A stretch of 64,000 nucleotides of DNA from Eledone cirrhosa (Eukaryota). The notes beneath the pieces were generated by a model that saw only the letters and a list, made by a program, of their open reading frames with translations, was not told the DNA's origin and did no database searches. Below are positions 24,908-37,608 of the stretch, in pieces; positions within the stretch are counted from its first letter, which is position 1; each line of letters begins with the position of its first letter. The position numbers and the translations under genes are program-made. The stretch is from positions 110,980,001 through 111,044,000 of the forward strand of contig OZ024745.1 in NCBI GenBank assembly GCA_964016885.1, read 5' to 3'.

Positions 24908-25629
24908 TGTTATACTTGGGGAGGGTCATATTGTTGTAATAATATTGCCAAAAATAATAACAGCACCCACTCACTGTTTGGTTGGTTTTCGCTTCTGTAT
25001 CTTTTATATCTCCACAGTTAATTCACTCGGTCCTCAATGTTTATCATTGACTGACCAACAGTCAAAAATACAGATAAAATACAGATATAAACACATATAT
25101 ATATATAGTCTAACAAAGTTCTTTTGTTGCACATCTGCAACATCATCAGTGATACTATTATGTTCCTCCTGTTGTATTGTATGTCTACGCCATTTTTATT
25201 TTATCTGTTTATTTATTTATTATTTTTGTCTTCTTCTCTGTGCATGCGTTTGCATGTGTGTATAGTGTTTGGTGTGTGTCCGCGTTTGGGTGACTGTATT
25301 CTATCTTAGTTTACTACTGTGTGTTTACATGTGTTTGTTGTTATTGTGCTTGTGTATATATTTGTTGTATATACTTGTTGTATATTATTTATTTATTTAT
25401 ATTTCTCTTAAGTCAATATTGTTTGTTTGGGTGTTGTTGTTATTCCATTCATTTTTTCTGTTTAGCTTTGGCCTTCTAAGCTCTATTTCGCTTGCCTCTC
25501 TGATTTGCCTATCTGCTGGGTCATTTCTATGTTTAGATATTATTTTAATTTCTATGTTGTCTATGAGTGTGTTCTGTTATTATTTCTGGCAATATTATTA
25601 CAACAATATGACCCTCCCCAAATATAACA
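24908..25629. mobile_element. Non-autonomous DNA transposon-like element with about 66-bp TIRs (TGTTA..TAACA)
   Basis: 24908-24973 is the imperfect reverse complement of 25564-25629; interior is low complexity; no TSD seen. Confidence 0.75.
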
Positions 25630-25687
25630 ATTTTTGTTTCGACACATGATTTCATATCAAAATCCTCACAAAACAAATTCATCGGCG

Positions 25688-25732
<45 letters not shown>

Positions 25733-25982
25733 GATGTGATACTTTATTTGTATGTATAGGCTTCATGCAGAACACTCCCAACAGGCATTTTCACTGTTAC
25801 TCTTTGTTGACACACATAATTAGTATATAGTTTCATTCCTATTACATTGTTGGCCATTTTCAAAGTATAGTCAACTTGCTAAGTGGACATGCTTCACTGA
25901 AAAGATCTAATAAGATAAAAACATGTTCTTTACTTTCAGCATGTTGTCTTATACACCAGATCTACCCTACAGTGTATTCTCT

Positions 25983-26042
25983 AAAATTGTTCTAAAAGAT
26001 TTGCATCAGATCAGGCTGATGCAAATCTTTTAGAACAATTTT
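25983..26042. repeat. Perfect 27-bp-arm hairpin
   Basis: AAAATTGTTCTAAAAGATTTGCATCAG-atcagg-CTGATGCAAATCTTTTAGAACAATTTT. Confidence 0.95.
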
Positions 26043-26209
26043 TCTTATGTTTGCTTACTTTTCATGATCTGAACACACCTAAAGTTTTAGTCTTGAAATC
26101 GTCTCAGTTGATTGAAGTGTTCTCTTACTCACCATATCACCATATTAAGTCTGCAAAACTCTATTTCATTGATAGTGCCCCCCTCCATCTAGGAATTCTG
26201 ACCTCTACT

Positions 26210-26278
<69 letters not shown>

Positions 26279-26281
<3 letters not shown>

Positions 26282-26556
26282 TCATCATCATCATCATCAT
26301 TTTACGTCCGCTTTTCCCTGCTTGCAAGGGTGGGATGGGAACTGATTCTGGCTTGATTTCTACAGCTGGATGCCCTTCCTAACACCAACCTCATTTACAG
26401 TGTGGGCTGGGTGCTTTTTTGCCGTGGCACCTCTACGACCACTTTGCAGTGGAATGATAGGGACCACAGTCCCTATCATCTCATTTCTACAGCTGAGTAA
26501 ACTGGAGCAATGTGAAATAAAGTGTCTTGCTCAAGGAAACAACACATCACCTGGTC
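26279..26556 (-). mobile_element. Chimeric SINE S2, 5'-truncated (tRNA head missing)
   Basis: Matches 10832-11108; ends in TA tracts. Confidence 0.88.
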
Positions 26557-27277
26557 TATATATATATATACATCATTATCTACATTGTAATCAACCCAAT
26601 TTTCACTAACTTTTCATGGTTTTCATGGTTTGAGGCTAGATAAATAAGGTAGAGGAGACTATGTTTTCCTCATACAAACTTTTGCTTGATTTCCGCAGCT
26701 GTATCAGATATATTCCCTTCCTAATGCCAACTATATTACAACACATATATATCATCATTATCATCATTTTAACATCCGCTTGCCCTGCTACCAATTGTTG
26801 GACAGGTTTACATAGACCAAGTCTGTTCTTAACCAGGGTTACTCATCTCCCAGACAGGCCAGGGATCTGTCACCATGCTAATGTGTGGTCCCATATTCTA
26901 CTGAAGGTAGAGTAGAGGTTGTTATGTCATTCCTACTGGTGTTGACTTGCAACAGTTTAAGCAGAACCACAACAGCATCAAATTTACTAATCTCAGAGAA
27001 CATAGGAACTGTCCCTTATTTCAGATTTAAAAAAAATTAAAATGACATCTTCCACATAAATTTAGATAAACCAGGATGGGTGTATCTGAGTAGTTGTTCA
27101 ACTTGTTAGAAATAGTAACTGAATCTTCCTCAAATCACATTCTGCCATCTCCAAAATTCCAGTTACACGTTGAATAATATTGACCTAGAACGATTATATC
27201 TTTAAAAAATGACAGAGTGACCAAAGTTGGAAAGTCTTTGATTAAACGTCTGCTTAGTTAGAGCTGATCTAAGGTAA

Positions 27278-27470
27278 ATAATTGTTTCTACTTTTGGCAC
27301 AAGGCCAGCAATTATCCCAGTGTATTACTGCTACTTTACTTCATCGACCCCGTACGGATGAAAGGCAAAGTTAACCTCAGCGGGATTTGAACTCAGATTA
27401 TAAAGGGCCGTAACTCTATACTGAAAAGCATGGCATTTGACCCTCTACCGATACTGCCAATCAACTGCCA
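27278..27470 (-). mobile_element. S1 SINE
   Basis: Full-length match to 845-1011. Confidence 0.9.
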
Positions 27471-27544
27471 ATAAATAATGTGAATTTAGAATTTGTTGAT
27501 TACAAAGTACAAAACAATATCCTTTTATTTATTTTTATTCATTT

Positions 27545-27890
27545 ACTGGTTTCAGTTATTTAACTGTGGCCATGTTGGAATTTAGTCAATCATATCAGCT
27601 CTATGATTTCCTTTATCGAGTTTGGTACTTAGTTTATCAATCTCTTTTTGTGAAAACCACTGTTACAGGACATAAACAAACAGTAAACATAAACACAGAC
27701 ATTGACACATACACACTGGACTTCATGATGGAAATATATACAGTGGGCTTCAACAAACTTTCATCTACCAAAATTACCTCACAAGGCTATAGTAGATGTC
27801 ATTTGGCCAAGGTGATATGCAGTTGGACTGAACCTGAAACCTTGTGGCTGCAAAGCAAACTCTTTAACCACACAACCATGCCTTGCACAT
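27545..27890 (-). mobile_element. Older tRNA-derived SINE (family S3)
   Basis: Minus strand GGCATGGTTGTGTGGTTAAAGAG..GGTTCAGTCC..CCTTGGCCAAATGAC; related relics at about 19150-19340 and 53640-53870. Confidence 0.6.
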
Positions 27891-28859
27891 ACATTTACTA
27901 AAAAACTCTGAAACTTTATGCCTTTCATTTTATCATTTGCTATAATTGTTTCTGCACATTTAAATTGAATAGTTACAATCTAAGCAGAATGAATTCATTC
28001 TACAGCTCACATTTATCTCTTACTTTATTGCCCCTGCAAGACTTTAGACTAAACTATATACATTACTCTAACATTCTTTCATCTATTCCTGTCTTTTACT
28101 AACCTTCTTCTCCCTTTAAAACATCACAATCGGCAACCATCACAGACAAACAAATAATGAATCCACAAATACATTATATTTATCTTATTTCTAAACAATT
28201 TCATTGTTCAGATGTTAAAAAAAGCTAAATTATTGCATACAATGACATTACTCTCATGACAATACAACCAAAGTTTTCATATTCTATAAATCAATCTTTT
28301 GATATAATTTAGTTAAATAATTAAATAAAAATGTGATTTACATGTTTTGATAAATAGAATAATTCTGTATGGTTTCTTTTTCTCTCAAAAATTCCTGCAC
28401 TAAAAGAATAATTAATTTAATATGTTTCCTTAGAGGAAATTTCACTTTAAGACCAAGTTACTTGTTTTTAACATTCAATTTTAACACATATTGGGAGGAC
28501 CCTTCAGTTTGTGTCAAAAGACACAACTTCTCCTCTGCACTTGATAAAATGCATGACTATAGGTAAGCAGGATGTAGACCCCCTCATGCTGGTGACCTAC
28601 GCAATAAACACACCCAATACACACTGCAAAGTGTTTGGGCATCCAGTCGTAGAAAGCTTGCCAAACAAAAGGTTGGGAGGACCTTTCAGTTTGTGTCAAA
28701 AGAAACAACGTCTCTGCACTTGATATGACTGTATATAAATGGGATACAGAACACTCAGCCTGTCTGGTAGGCCAGAAGCTCCATTTCACTGACTTGGTCT
28801 ATGTAGACCCATCTAACCCTTGCTAGCAGGGAAAATGGACATTAAATAATGATGGCTTT

Positions 28860-30040
28860 ATTGATACAGCATCAGACACCATGCTTTGAAGCATAGAGTT
28901 ATGGCCCTTTACGTTCTGAGTTCAAATCCTGCAGTGGCACACTGGGGTTGATTTAATCGATTTCCCCCTCCCCCCAAAATTGTTGGCTTTGTCCCTAAAT
29001 CAAAAACCATTATTTAAGGGCAGTGGATTGGCAGTATTGGTTGAGGGTTGGACGCCATTCTTTGCAGCATTGAGTTATGTCCCTTTACGTTCTGAGTTCA
29101 AATCCTGCTGAGGTTAACTTTGCCTTTCATCCTTACGGGGTCAATAAAATAAAGTACCAATAATATACTGGGATAATTGCTGGCCTTGTGCCAGAAACAA
29201 TTATTATTATGATTCTGCATGAAGAAAATATCTGTGAATTTTGTGATTAAGGGTCACAAAAGACAAACCTGATAAGTTCTGGTCTAAATGTAAATTCAAT
29301 AAATCAATAGAGTTGCTGTAGTAAAATGATAAACAGTCCTATTTTCATTGAAACATATTGTTGATTGATTCTGAAATAATCACACATGTTGGACAAACTG
29401 TGATGCACTTCATAATAACAGATATATAACAGATGTATAACAGATATATAACAGATGTATAACAGATATATAACAGATGTATAACAGATGTATAACAGAT
29501 GTATAACAGATCTATAACAGATGTATAACAGATGTATAACAGATGTATAACAGATATATAACAGATGTATATTCCATAAACTCAATCTTCTATAGAAATG
29601 GATTCATCTTTAAAAATTCATTGATATTTTTTCATAATAATAATTTTCTACTTTAGGCAATTTGAAGGGGAAGGGAAAGTCATTTAACTCGACCCCACTG
29701 GATTACTGGTATTTTATTTCATTAACCCCATAAGGATGAAAGGCAAAGATAACCTTGGTGGGATTTAAACACAGAATGTAATTCTCTGCTGAAAAGCATC
29801 TTGTCTGACGCTCTACCGATATTGCCAATCCACCGCCATTTTTTCATGGTAATAATTGTTTCTACTTTTGGCACAAGGCTAGCAATTATCCCAGTGTATT
29901 ACTGGTACTTTATTTTATCGACCCTGTAAGGATGAAAGACAAAGTTAACCTCGACGGGATTTGAACTCAGACTGTAAAGGGCCGTAACTCTATGCTGCAA
30001 AGCATAGAGTCCGACCTTCTACCGAGATACTGCGAATCCC
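28860..30040. mobile_element. Four S1 SINEs (two + at about 28860-29205, two - at about 29640-30040) around a minisatellite
   Basis: Repeated GAGTTCAAATCC/GGATTTGAACTC and central-domain matches. Confidence 0.85.
29416..29569. repeat. 11-bp minisatellite, 14 copies
   Basis: TAACAGAT[G/A/C]TA repeated 14 times. Confidence 0.95.
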
Positions 30041-30812
30041 CTGGTGATTATGTTGTTGATGATGATGCAACATATCTAGTAAGAAAAGGCATATTTCTAA
30101 CCCCTCCTCCTTCTGTCATACACCCAGAACATGACTTATACTTGTTACTCCCCTACCTACTGTAACTTACACTCAACTGCCTGCATATCATCTTTCTTGT
30201 CTCCCACATCCTACACCTTCATTTGAGTCAATGACCAACAACCTCTGTAGTGCTGGTGCCACAATAAAATGGATCTAGTACACTCTGTAAAGTGGTTGGT
30301 ATTCAGAAGGGCTTCCAGTCATTGGAACCATGCCAAAAAGGGTTGAGTTGACCCTCCGATCACACCATGACAATATCCGTAGTTGTGGTGCCACGAAAAA
30401 AGCTCTTAGTACACTTTGTAATGTAGTTAGTGATAGGAAGGGCATCCATCTGTAGAAAACATGTCAAACAAAGGGTCAAAGTGACTCTTCAGTCGTGTCG
30501 AAGATGTGACAACTTTCCTTGTGATGGTACCACAACTATGGGAACATACCCAAGCAAGATGTGGTGGTGCCACAATGAAACACAACCAGTGCATGCCATG
30601 AAGTGGTTGGTGTTAGGAAGAGCATCCAGCTGTAGACACCATGCCAGAATGGAGCATATGAGTAAAATGCAGTCATCTGATATGTCTGGCCTCAGAACAT
30701 AACGACACATCTCCCCCATGTAAGCATGGAAAATTGATGCAAAACATCGATGATATATATACGATGATGATGATGATCATCATCATCGTTTTAACGTCCA
30801 CTTTCCCTGCTA

Positions 30813-30874
<62 letters not shown>

Positions 30875-31039
30875 TCACACTCTCGCACACACATACATAC
30901 CCCCGCCCACACACATATATACATATATATACATAAATGTGTGTCCTACCCATGCTGGCATGGAATATTGACTTTAAATGATGATGAGGATTATGATGAT
31001 GATGATGATGATGATGATATATATATATATTTATATGTA

Positions 31040-31465
31040 TCATCATCATCATCATCATCATCACCGTTTTACGTCCGTTCTTCCACGCTAGCATGGGTTA
31101 GACGGGTTGTCCTGTTGTGGGCAGTGTCTGGTCGGCTGACCATGCCTTGCTCATACAGGAACTGATCTGGCTTGATTTCTACAGCTGGATGCCCTTCCTA
31201 ACACCAACCTCATTTACAGTGAGTGCTGGGTGCTTTTTCGTGGCGCCTACACGTCCACTTTACAGTGTGGGCTGGGTGCTTTTTTGCCGTGGCACCTCCA
31301 CGACCACCTTGCGGTGGTGGGGGGCATATTGTTTATATGCTTCAGCATGTACCCATGGGAGGTCGGGTACCCTGTATTACTGCGTGACGCCAGAAGTCAC
31401 GGTCGTGTGTCATTGACTTTGAGAGGTGTAGTTGGGTAAGGTCGGCTTTTATCACCTCATCCCAT
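31040..31465 (-). mobile_element. RTE family A 3' end (young subfamily)
   Basis: Almost identical reverse complement of about 2487-2910. Confidence 0.95.
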
Positions 31466-31477
31466 GTATATATATAT

Positions 31478-32690
31478 GAAGGAAGTTATAGTTCACTTGA
31501 AGCATTGTGTAATGAGGTATACCGAGACACACACACCACACATTTCCTGGAAGTACTCAAACTGAACGGATACACGACATCCACCACAAACCGTGCCAGA
31601 AAGAACACAGGACACCACACCCGAGGCACTAACACTTGCTTCCTGAAGCTCCCACACTTCAGTGACAAAACAACAACAGCCATCCGCAGAGCTATCAGAC
31701 GAGAAGGACTAGATATCCAACTGGCCCACTCAGGTCCTTCTCTACGCGGACAGCTAACCAAAAGACACTCCACCAGACATGACAACCGCTGCAGGCTAGC
31801 CAACTGCCCCATCAATGACACAGACCTATGCCACCAGGCCTACGTCGTATACAGACTAAAGTGCGACAAATGCAGCAACTTCTACGTAGGTAGCGCCACC
31901 AGACCACTCCACATAAGAATAAAAGAACACCTCAATACTAACGCTTCCTCATTTAAGAAACACCTAGTTAAATGCAAAAAACAGCGACAAAACCATAACA
32001 GTTAGGATAGAAACTAAGGAAAGAAACCTCGGCAATCTTAGAATTAAGGAAGCACTAATTATAGACAAAACACAACCACCAATCAATAATAGACTAGAAC
32101 TCAACACCCAATTTATAACTTGATAGAGCATCTAGCCCCATATTTACACCCCCCTCCCACACACACGCACACACACGCACACACACGCACACACACGCAC
32201 ACACACACGCTTACACCTCACCTATTCTCTCTTACACACACACATATACACACACAAAGACCAGTTCTAACACGAGATAACATCTATCCCCCACATTTAC
32301 GTATAGACATATCTTCTCACACTCACACACACATACTTACACCTTCACGCATTCTCCCACACACTTAAACAGGCATGTACAAAAAAATAAAACAAAAAAA
32401 AAACCCTTTTAAAGGGAGACTACTCTTTATCCACCTAACCTAAACTCTTTGATATTAGAGATAGAACAGATACTCTATACCATTTCCTGTCAGCATGACT
32501 TGGCAAGCTATTTAGAACACTGGTTTAACCGCTTTACTTCCCTCCGAAGAAGAGATATTATCTCGAAAATTAAGGACATTTAAATAAATCTAAGGTAAAA
32601 GACTAATTGTCAACAATATCTTTTGCATTTGCATTCTTTATTCTATGTCCATACCTACATTGTTTTGGCTTTATTATACATATACAAACG
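31478..32690 (+). mobile_element. 5'-truncated Penelope-like element: GIY-YIG endonuclease and 3' terminus
   Basis: ORF 31505-32005: LNGY..FLKLPH..VVYRLKCDKCSNFYVGSATRPLHIRIKEH; continues after a frameshift as LRIKEALIIDKTQPPIN; hammerhead motif downstream. Confidence 0.9.
32541..32575 (+). ncRNA. Minimal type I hammerhead ribozyme motif
   Basis: CCT-CCGAAGA-a-GAGA-tatta-TCTC-GAAA-AT-TA/AGG; U4C core variant, palindromic AATT in place of stem III. Confidence 0.7.
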
Positions 32691-32708
32691 TGTATATATA
32701 TATATATA

Positions 32709-32884
32709 TGAGGGCAATCCCAAAAGTAAGGTCTCCTTCCGATATTGCAAATTTTCCGTTATTATCCTGTGGATGGTGCTTCAGGAAACCTCAGGAACCA
32801 AAATGCAGAGAGCATCCAGAGTGATCCGTCAATCTTTACGCATGTTTTCCTCGGAAGGAGACCTTACTTTTGGGATTGCCCTCT
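32709..32884. mobile_element. Mariner-type MITE
   Basis: 33-bp perfect TIR GAGGGCAATCCCAAAAGTAAGGTCTCCTTCCGA (32710-32742 / 32851-32883); TA flanks. Confidence 0.88.
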
Positions 32885-32888
32885 ATAT

Positions 32889-33100
32889 AATAACTGCGTG
32901 AAATTCGCACTTGGCTGTAGCGTTCAACGGGAGCTCCATTCTCAACGGCTGCCAAGCCAAGATTGAGCATCCCAGTGAAGCGCGCGCAGCTTGTTTGGGA
33001 GTGAAGGAAGCACCAATCACAACAGTGTTGCCAACAGCCATATGAACAGTTTCTCTGCATCCCCATCGCTTTGGAGACCTTACTTTTGGGATTACCCTTG
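32889..33100 (-). mobile_element. 5' end of a mariner transposon (TIR, leader, first 17 codons of transposase)
   Basis: TIR CAAGGGTAATCCCAAAAGTAAGGTCTCC; ATG at 32939 gives MELPLNATAKCEFHAVI, resembling the mariner N-terminal CE.RAVI motif. Confidence 0.7.
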
Positions 33101-33455
33101 TATATATATATATATATATGAATGTATGTATAGTATATTTGGCAATATACCGTATGTTTAATTAAAAACATTTTGAAGACCTTGCGCTATCATTTTAAAG
33201 TAGTGACTATGTCACTTACTCCTTTTTTCGGCAAAGGAAGGGAGAGAAGCTGACAGATTCTATTTCACACTGTTGGTGATCCTCAGAGCAACGTACTCCC
33301 CGAAAATTATAGAGGCTGGATTCTTATAGAATTCCAGTAATAATCAGGAGCTGATTATACAGATCGATTGCCGGTCCAGCAAAAATAAAAAATTAGGATT
33401 GGTGCTCTGAATTTCAGTTGGGATAAAAACAATGTGTTGCTTTTTACACCAATAT

Positions 33456-34150
33456 ATCATCATCATCACCGTTTTACGTCTGTTTTTCCACGCTAGCATG
33501 GGTTAGACGAGTTGTCCTGTTGTGGGCAGTGTCCAGTCGGCTGACCTTGTCTTGCTCATGCAGGAACTGATTCTGGCTTGATTTCTACAGCTGCATGCCC
33601 TTCCTAACACCAACCTCATTTACAGTGAGTGCTGGGTGCTTTTTTCCGTGGCACCTACACATCCACTTTACAGTGTGGGCTGGGTGCTTTTTTGCCGTGG
33701 CACCTCCACGACCACTTTGCAGTGGGAGGGTGTGGGGGCATAGTGTCTATATGCTTCAGCTTCGGCTTGTACCCGTGGGGGGGTCGGGTCGTCTGTATTA
33801 CTGTGTGACGCCAGAGGTCACGGTCGTATGTCATCACCTTTGAGAGGTGTAATTGGGTAAGGTTGGCTTTTATCACCTCATCCCAGGTCTTCTTGGGTCT
33901 CCCCACTCCGCGGTTTCCATCGACTTCTAGTGCTCTGCATCTTTTTATGCAGCTGTCATCCTTCATATGCATCACATGTCCATACCAACGCAACGACCTC
34001 TCCTGCATGTAACATTTGATTCCTCTTATGCTCAGTCTCTCTCTCAATTCATTTATGCTTTGCCGTTCGCGTATATTACTATTACACATCCATCGGAGCA
34101 TGCAGGCTTCATTTCTTTCTAATCTACACAAGTCTTCCACAGACAGCATA
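33456..34150 (-). mobile_element. RTE family A 3' fragment
   Basis: ORF 33655-34149 LERNEACMLRWMC..LRWYGHV..GRPKKTW plus 3' UTR and (ATC)n. Confidence 0.93.
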
Positions 34151-34514
34151 GAAAGATTAGTATGGTTCGTTGATTACTCAACGAATACAATTTTACAATA
34201 GATTAGAAGCACTCAACAGAAAGTTTTCCAGGAGTTTTTAATATTATTCAAAATGTTAACAAATGAAAAATATTCTCATAATCAAAATATATACTTATAT
34301 ACTTATTATATATATTTCAAAGGTACTGTGTTGTTTTTTCAGTACGTCCTCATCCGACAAAATATATGATTTGATATATGACATATCGCTATGGTCTTGA
34401 TTATATCAATTCCAGTACTGCCAATACTGGAATTGAATAATCATATATTTTGTCTGATGAGGATGTACTGAAAAAACAACACAGAACCTTTGAAATATAT
34501 ATAATAAAGTATTG

Positions 34515-34574
<60 letters not shown>

Positions 34575-34580
<6 letters not shown>

Positions 34581-34810
34581 AGGTGTCACGACAAAAAAAC
34601 ACACAGTCCACGCTGTAAACACGGTAAAAACCTCCCAGTCCCACACTGTAAATGTGCTTGGTGTTAGGAAGGGCATCCAGCTGTAGAAAACCCGCCAGAC
34701 AGTCCTATGCAAGCAAGACAACCACTCTTGCCTCAAGTGGGAAAACTCCCGTCCAAACCCATGCAAGCGTGGAACATGGACGTTAAACGATGATGATGAT
34801 GATGATGATG

Positions 34811-34812
<2 letters not shown>
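34575..34812 (+). mobile_element. RTE family A 3' UTR fragment
   Basis: Matches 22572-22822 with a small deletion. Confidence 0.9.
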
Positions 34813-34850
<38 letters not shown>

Positions 34851-34929
34851 AAAAAGCAACACATTGTTTTTATCCCAACTGAAATTCAATAGAGAATGAA
34901 AATATAAGTCAATTGATTACAGTTATGAA

Positions 34930-35430
34930 TGTAACTGCAGATCAGTATAAGAATGATAAAGTTGTAGAGGAGCATGTACTAGAATATTGGAAGATCAGAT
35001 TTAAAACTTGTAAAGAAATCTAGTCTAATTTTAAAATTAAAGTAGTGTTGTTGCTGCTGATGTTGAGTACTGAATAATTTAACTAAATAAGCGGAAACAG
35101 AAGATGGTAAAGGTTAAATAAGTTATGAAAGAAACTGAATCTTATTAAGAGACGATAACCTCAGAAGTCTGACTATCCAATATACAGAAGGATCTCTCTG
35201 AAACGATTTCAGATCGTAATAAACCTGGATGGGGAAAATATCAAAGGAGAATAAACGTCTCTAGTGTAAAGTAACTACAAATTAACGAAAGAAATGGAAA
35301 TAGTGAGTGAAATATGAGAGGACATAGCTTCGATGTTTGTTTAAATCAGCATTCCATCCCAAGTGGAAGAAAGTTGCCTACGTGCCTGGGGTAAAGTTCT
35401 TCTCTATCAAAGTTTAATAAAACGAACATT
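34930..35430 (+). pseudogene. Possible highly decayed CR1/L2-type LINE 3' region
   Basis: Scattered remnants in the expected order (SY*E, KDLSET, MRGHS, AWGK) across frames; weak. Confidence 0.3.
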
Positions 35431-35704
35431 GAACTCACATATCATAGTTCAACAAGTCTTTAGGCTTTTGAAAGATCAACAAAATTAACGAATTACTGAG
35501 ACTCACAGAGGAGATGATGAAGGAAGGCGACGAGTTAAGGAATGCTGTGCTGAGAAGGACCCATCCAACCCATGCAAGCATGGAAAAACGGACGTGAAAA
35601 CGATGATGATAATGATTGATGAAAATTAACAACTGAGTAACAAGAGAGACTGAAGACTACATGTTTGATATACAACACAAATATGATAGGGTTATTAAAG
35701 GCAA

Positions 35705-35896
35705 ATAATTGTTTCTACTTTTGGCACAAGGCCAGCAATTACTCAGTACATTACTGGTACTTTATTTTATCGACCCCATAAGGTTGAAAGGCAAAGTTAA
35801 CCTCGGCGGGATTTGAACTCAGAATGGCAAGGGCCGTAACTCTATGCGTCAAAGCATCGCGTCCGACCCTCTACCAATACTGCCAATCTACCGCCC
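35705..35896 (-). mobile_element. S1 SINE with TSD
   Basis: Full length; TATTAAAGG(C/A)AAATAAT on both sides. Confidence 0.9.
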
Positions 35897-36174
35897 TACC
35901 TATTAAAGGAAAATAATATTTACGTGCATCTTGCACACTCTGTAAAGTGAATGGTGATAGGAAGGGCATCGAGCTGTAGAAAGCCTGCCAAACAAAAGGT
36001 TCTCAGTGCCAAGACTGGGAAGACCACAAATCAAGGGAACACTCTATGCATGGAAAAAAGCAGAGTGGGTATGAGTGTATATAGCCTTTCAAAGCCTGAT
36101 GAATGCAAGCCAAAACTGCTAGGCAATGCAGTCAGGTTTTTACCTCCCCACCATCTCTCTCTCTCTCTCACTCC

Positions 36175-36225
<51 letters not shown>

Positions 36226-36230
<5 letters not shown>

Positions 36231-36612
36231 CTCTCAAAGTCAATGACACACGACCGTGACTTCTGGCGTCACGCAGTAATACAGGGTACCCGACCTCCCA
36301 TGGGTACATGCTGAAGCATATAAACAATATGCCCCCCACCCCCCCACCGCAAGGTGGTCGTGGAGGTGCCACGGCAAAAAAGCACCCAGCCCACACTGTA
36401 AAGTGGACGTGTAGGCGCCACGAAAAAGCACCCAGCACTCACTGTAAATGAGGTTGGTGTTAGGAAGGGCATCCAGCTGTAGAAATCAAGCCAGATCAGT
36501 TCCTGTATGAGCAAGGCATGGTCAGCCGACCAGACACTGCCCACAACAGGACAACCCGTCTAACCCATGCTAGCGTGGAAGAACGGACGTAAAACGGTGA
36601 TGATGATGATGA
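36226..36612 (+). mobile_element. RTE family A 3' end (young subfamily)
   Basis: Near-identical to 2521-2905; bounded by TA tracts. Confidence 0.95.
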
Positions 36613-36960
36613 TATATATATATATTATCATCATTGTCATTTTAACATTCACTTTCCCTGCTAGCAAGGGTTGGACGGGTCTATATAGACCAAGTCCATA
36701 CTGAGACAAAGCCACTGATCTCCCAAGCAAGCCAGAGATCTGTGTCTCGTTTAGTACAGTCTCACATTCCATTGAGTGTTCAGGAGAGGTTGTCATCTAT
36801 TTGACACAACCAAGGGCCCTCCCAACCCCTTGTTTGACAAGATTTCTATGGCTAGATGCCCCTCCTATCACCAACCACTTTACAGTGTGTACTGGGTGTG
36901 TTTATCATGTAAATCAGCAACACTAGGGAGGTTGTCATGCCCTTGAAATGCCTGGAGGGT

Positions 36961-37066
<106 letters not shown>

Positions 37067-37114
37067 AAGAGAGAGTTTATCGAAATAGGTGTATATTGGT
37101 ATGGATATATTTGG

Positions 37115-37563
37115 ATATAGTATCAGCAGAAAATGCACAATGCACACCGTTACATAACTAGAACAAAAAATGCATTGTTACCTCATCAGCTACCTCGCTG
37201 TAGTGCAGTTTTGTGTATTAAGGTGGTATTGCACTTGTAATGCTAGTTTGTGCAACAGATCAGATTCCACTATGTTGAGATGTATGTGAGATAATAACAA
37301 AACAAAGAAAAGACAGGAAAATATATGGGTGTCTTTCTACCAAAAGGTAAACATATATAAAAGTTTACAACTAGAATTGAATGGACACTTGACAGTGCTT
37401 GTAAATGTGCAACACAAAAGACCAGAGTAGAGAAAAACTGATTTTGTAGATGAAATATGGAGCAAAGAAATTATCTAAATCAATGGTCTGGTGACAGGAA
37501 GTAGTAGCAATAGACAAGCAAGAGATAGTAAGAGAATGGTAAAGAGAAAGGTAGAGAGTGTGT

Positions 37564-37608
<45 letters not shown>

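Larger units (their letters stand above)
33408..34888. mobile_element. Fold-back element interrupted in both arms by RTE 3' ends
   Basis: Perfect 42-bp IR 33408-33449/34847-34888; about 69-bp IR 34303-34371/34439-34507; central hairpin at about 34406-34436. Confidence 0.7.

Noticed and set aside
34452-34485. CTGATGA..GAAA as a hammerhead
   Set aside because: No credible stem II or III and no UH site; lies in a fold-back arm.
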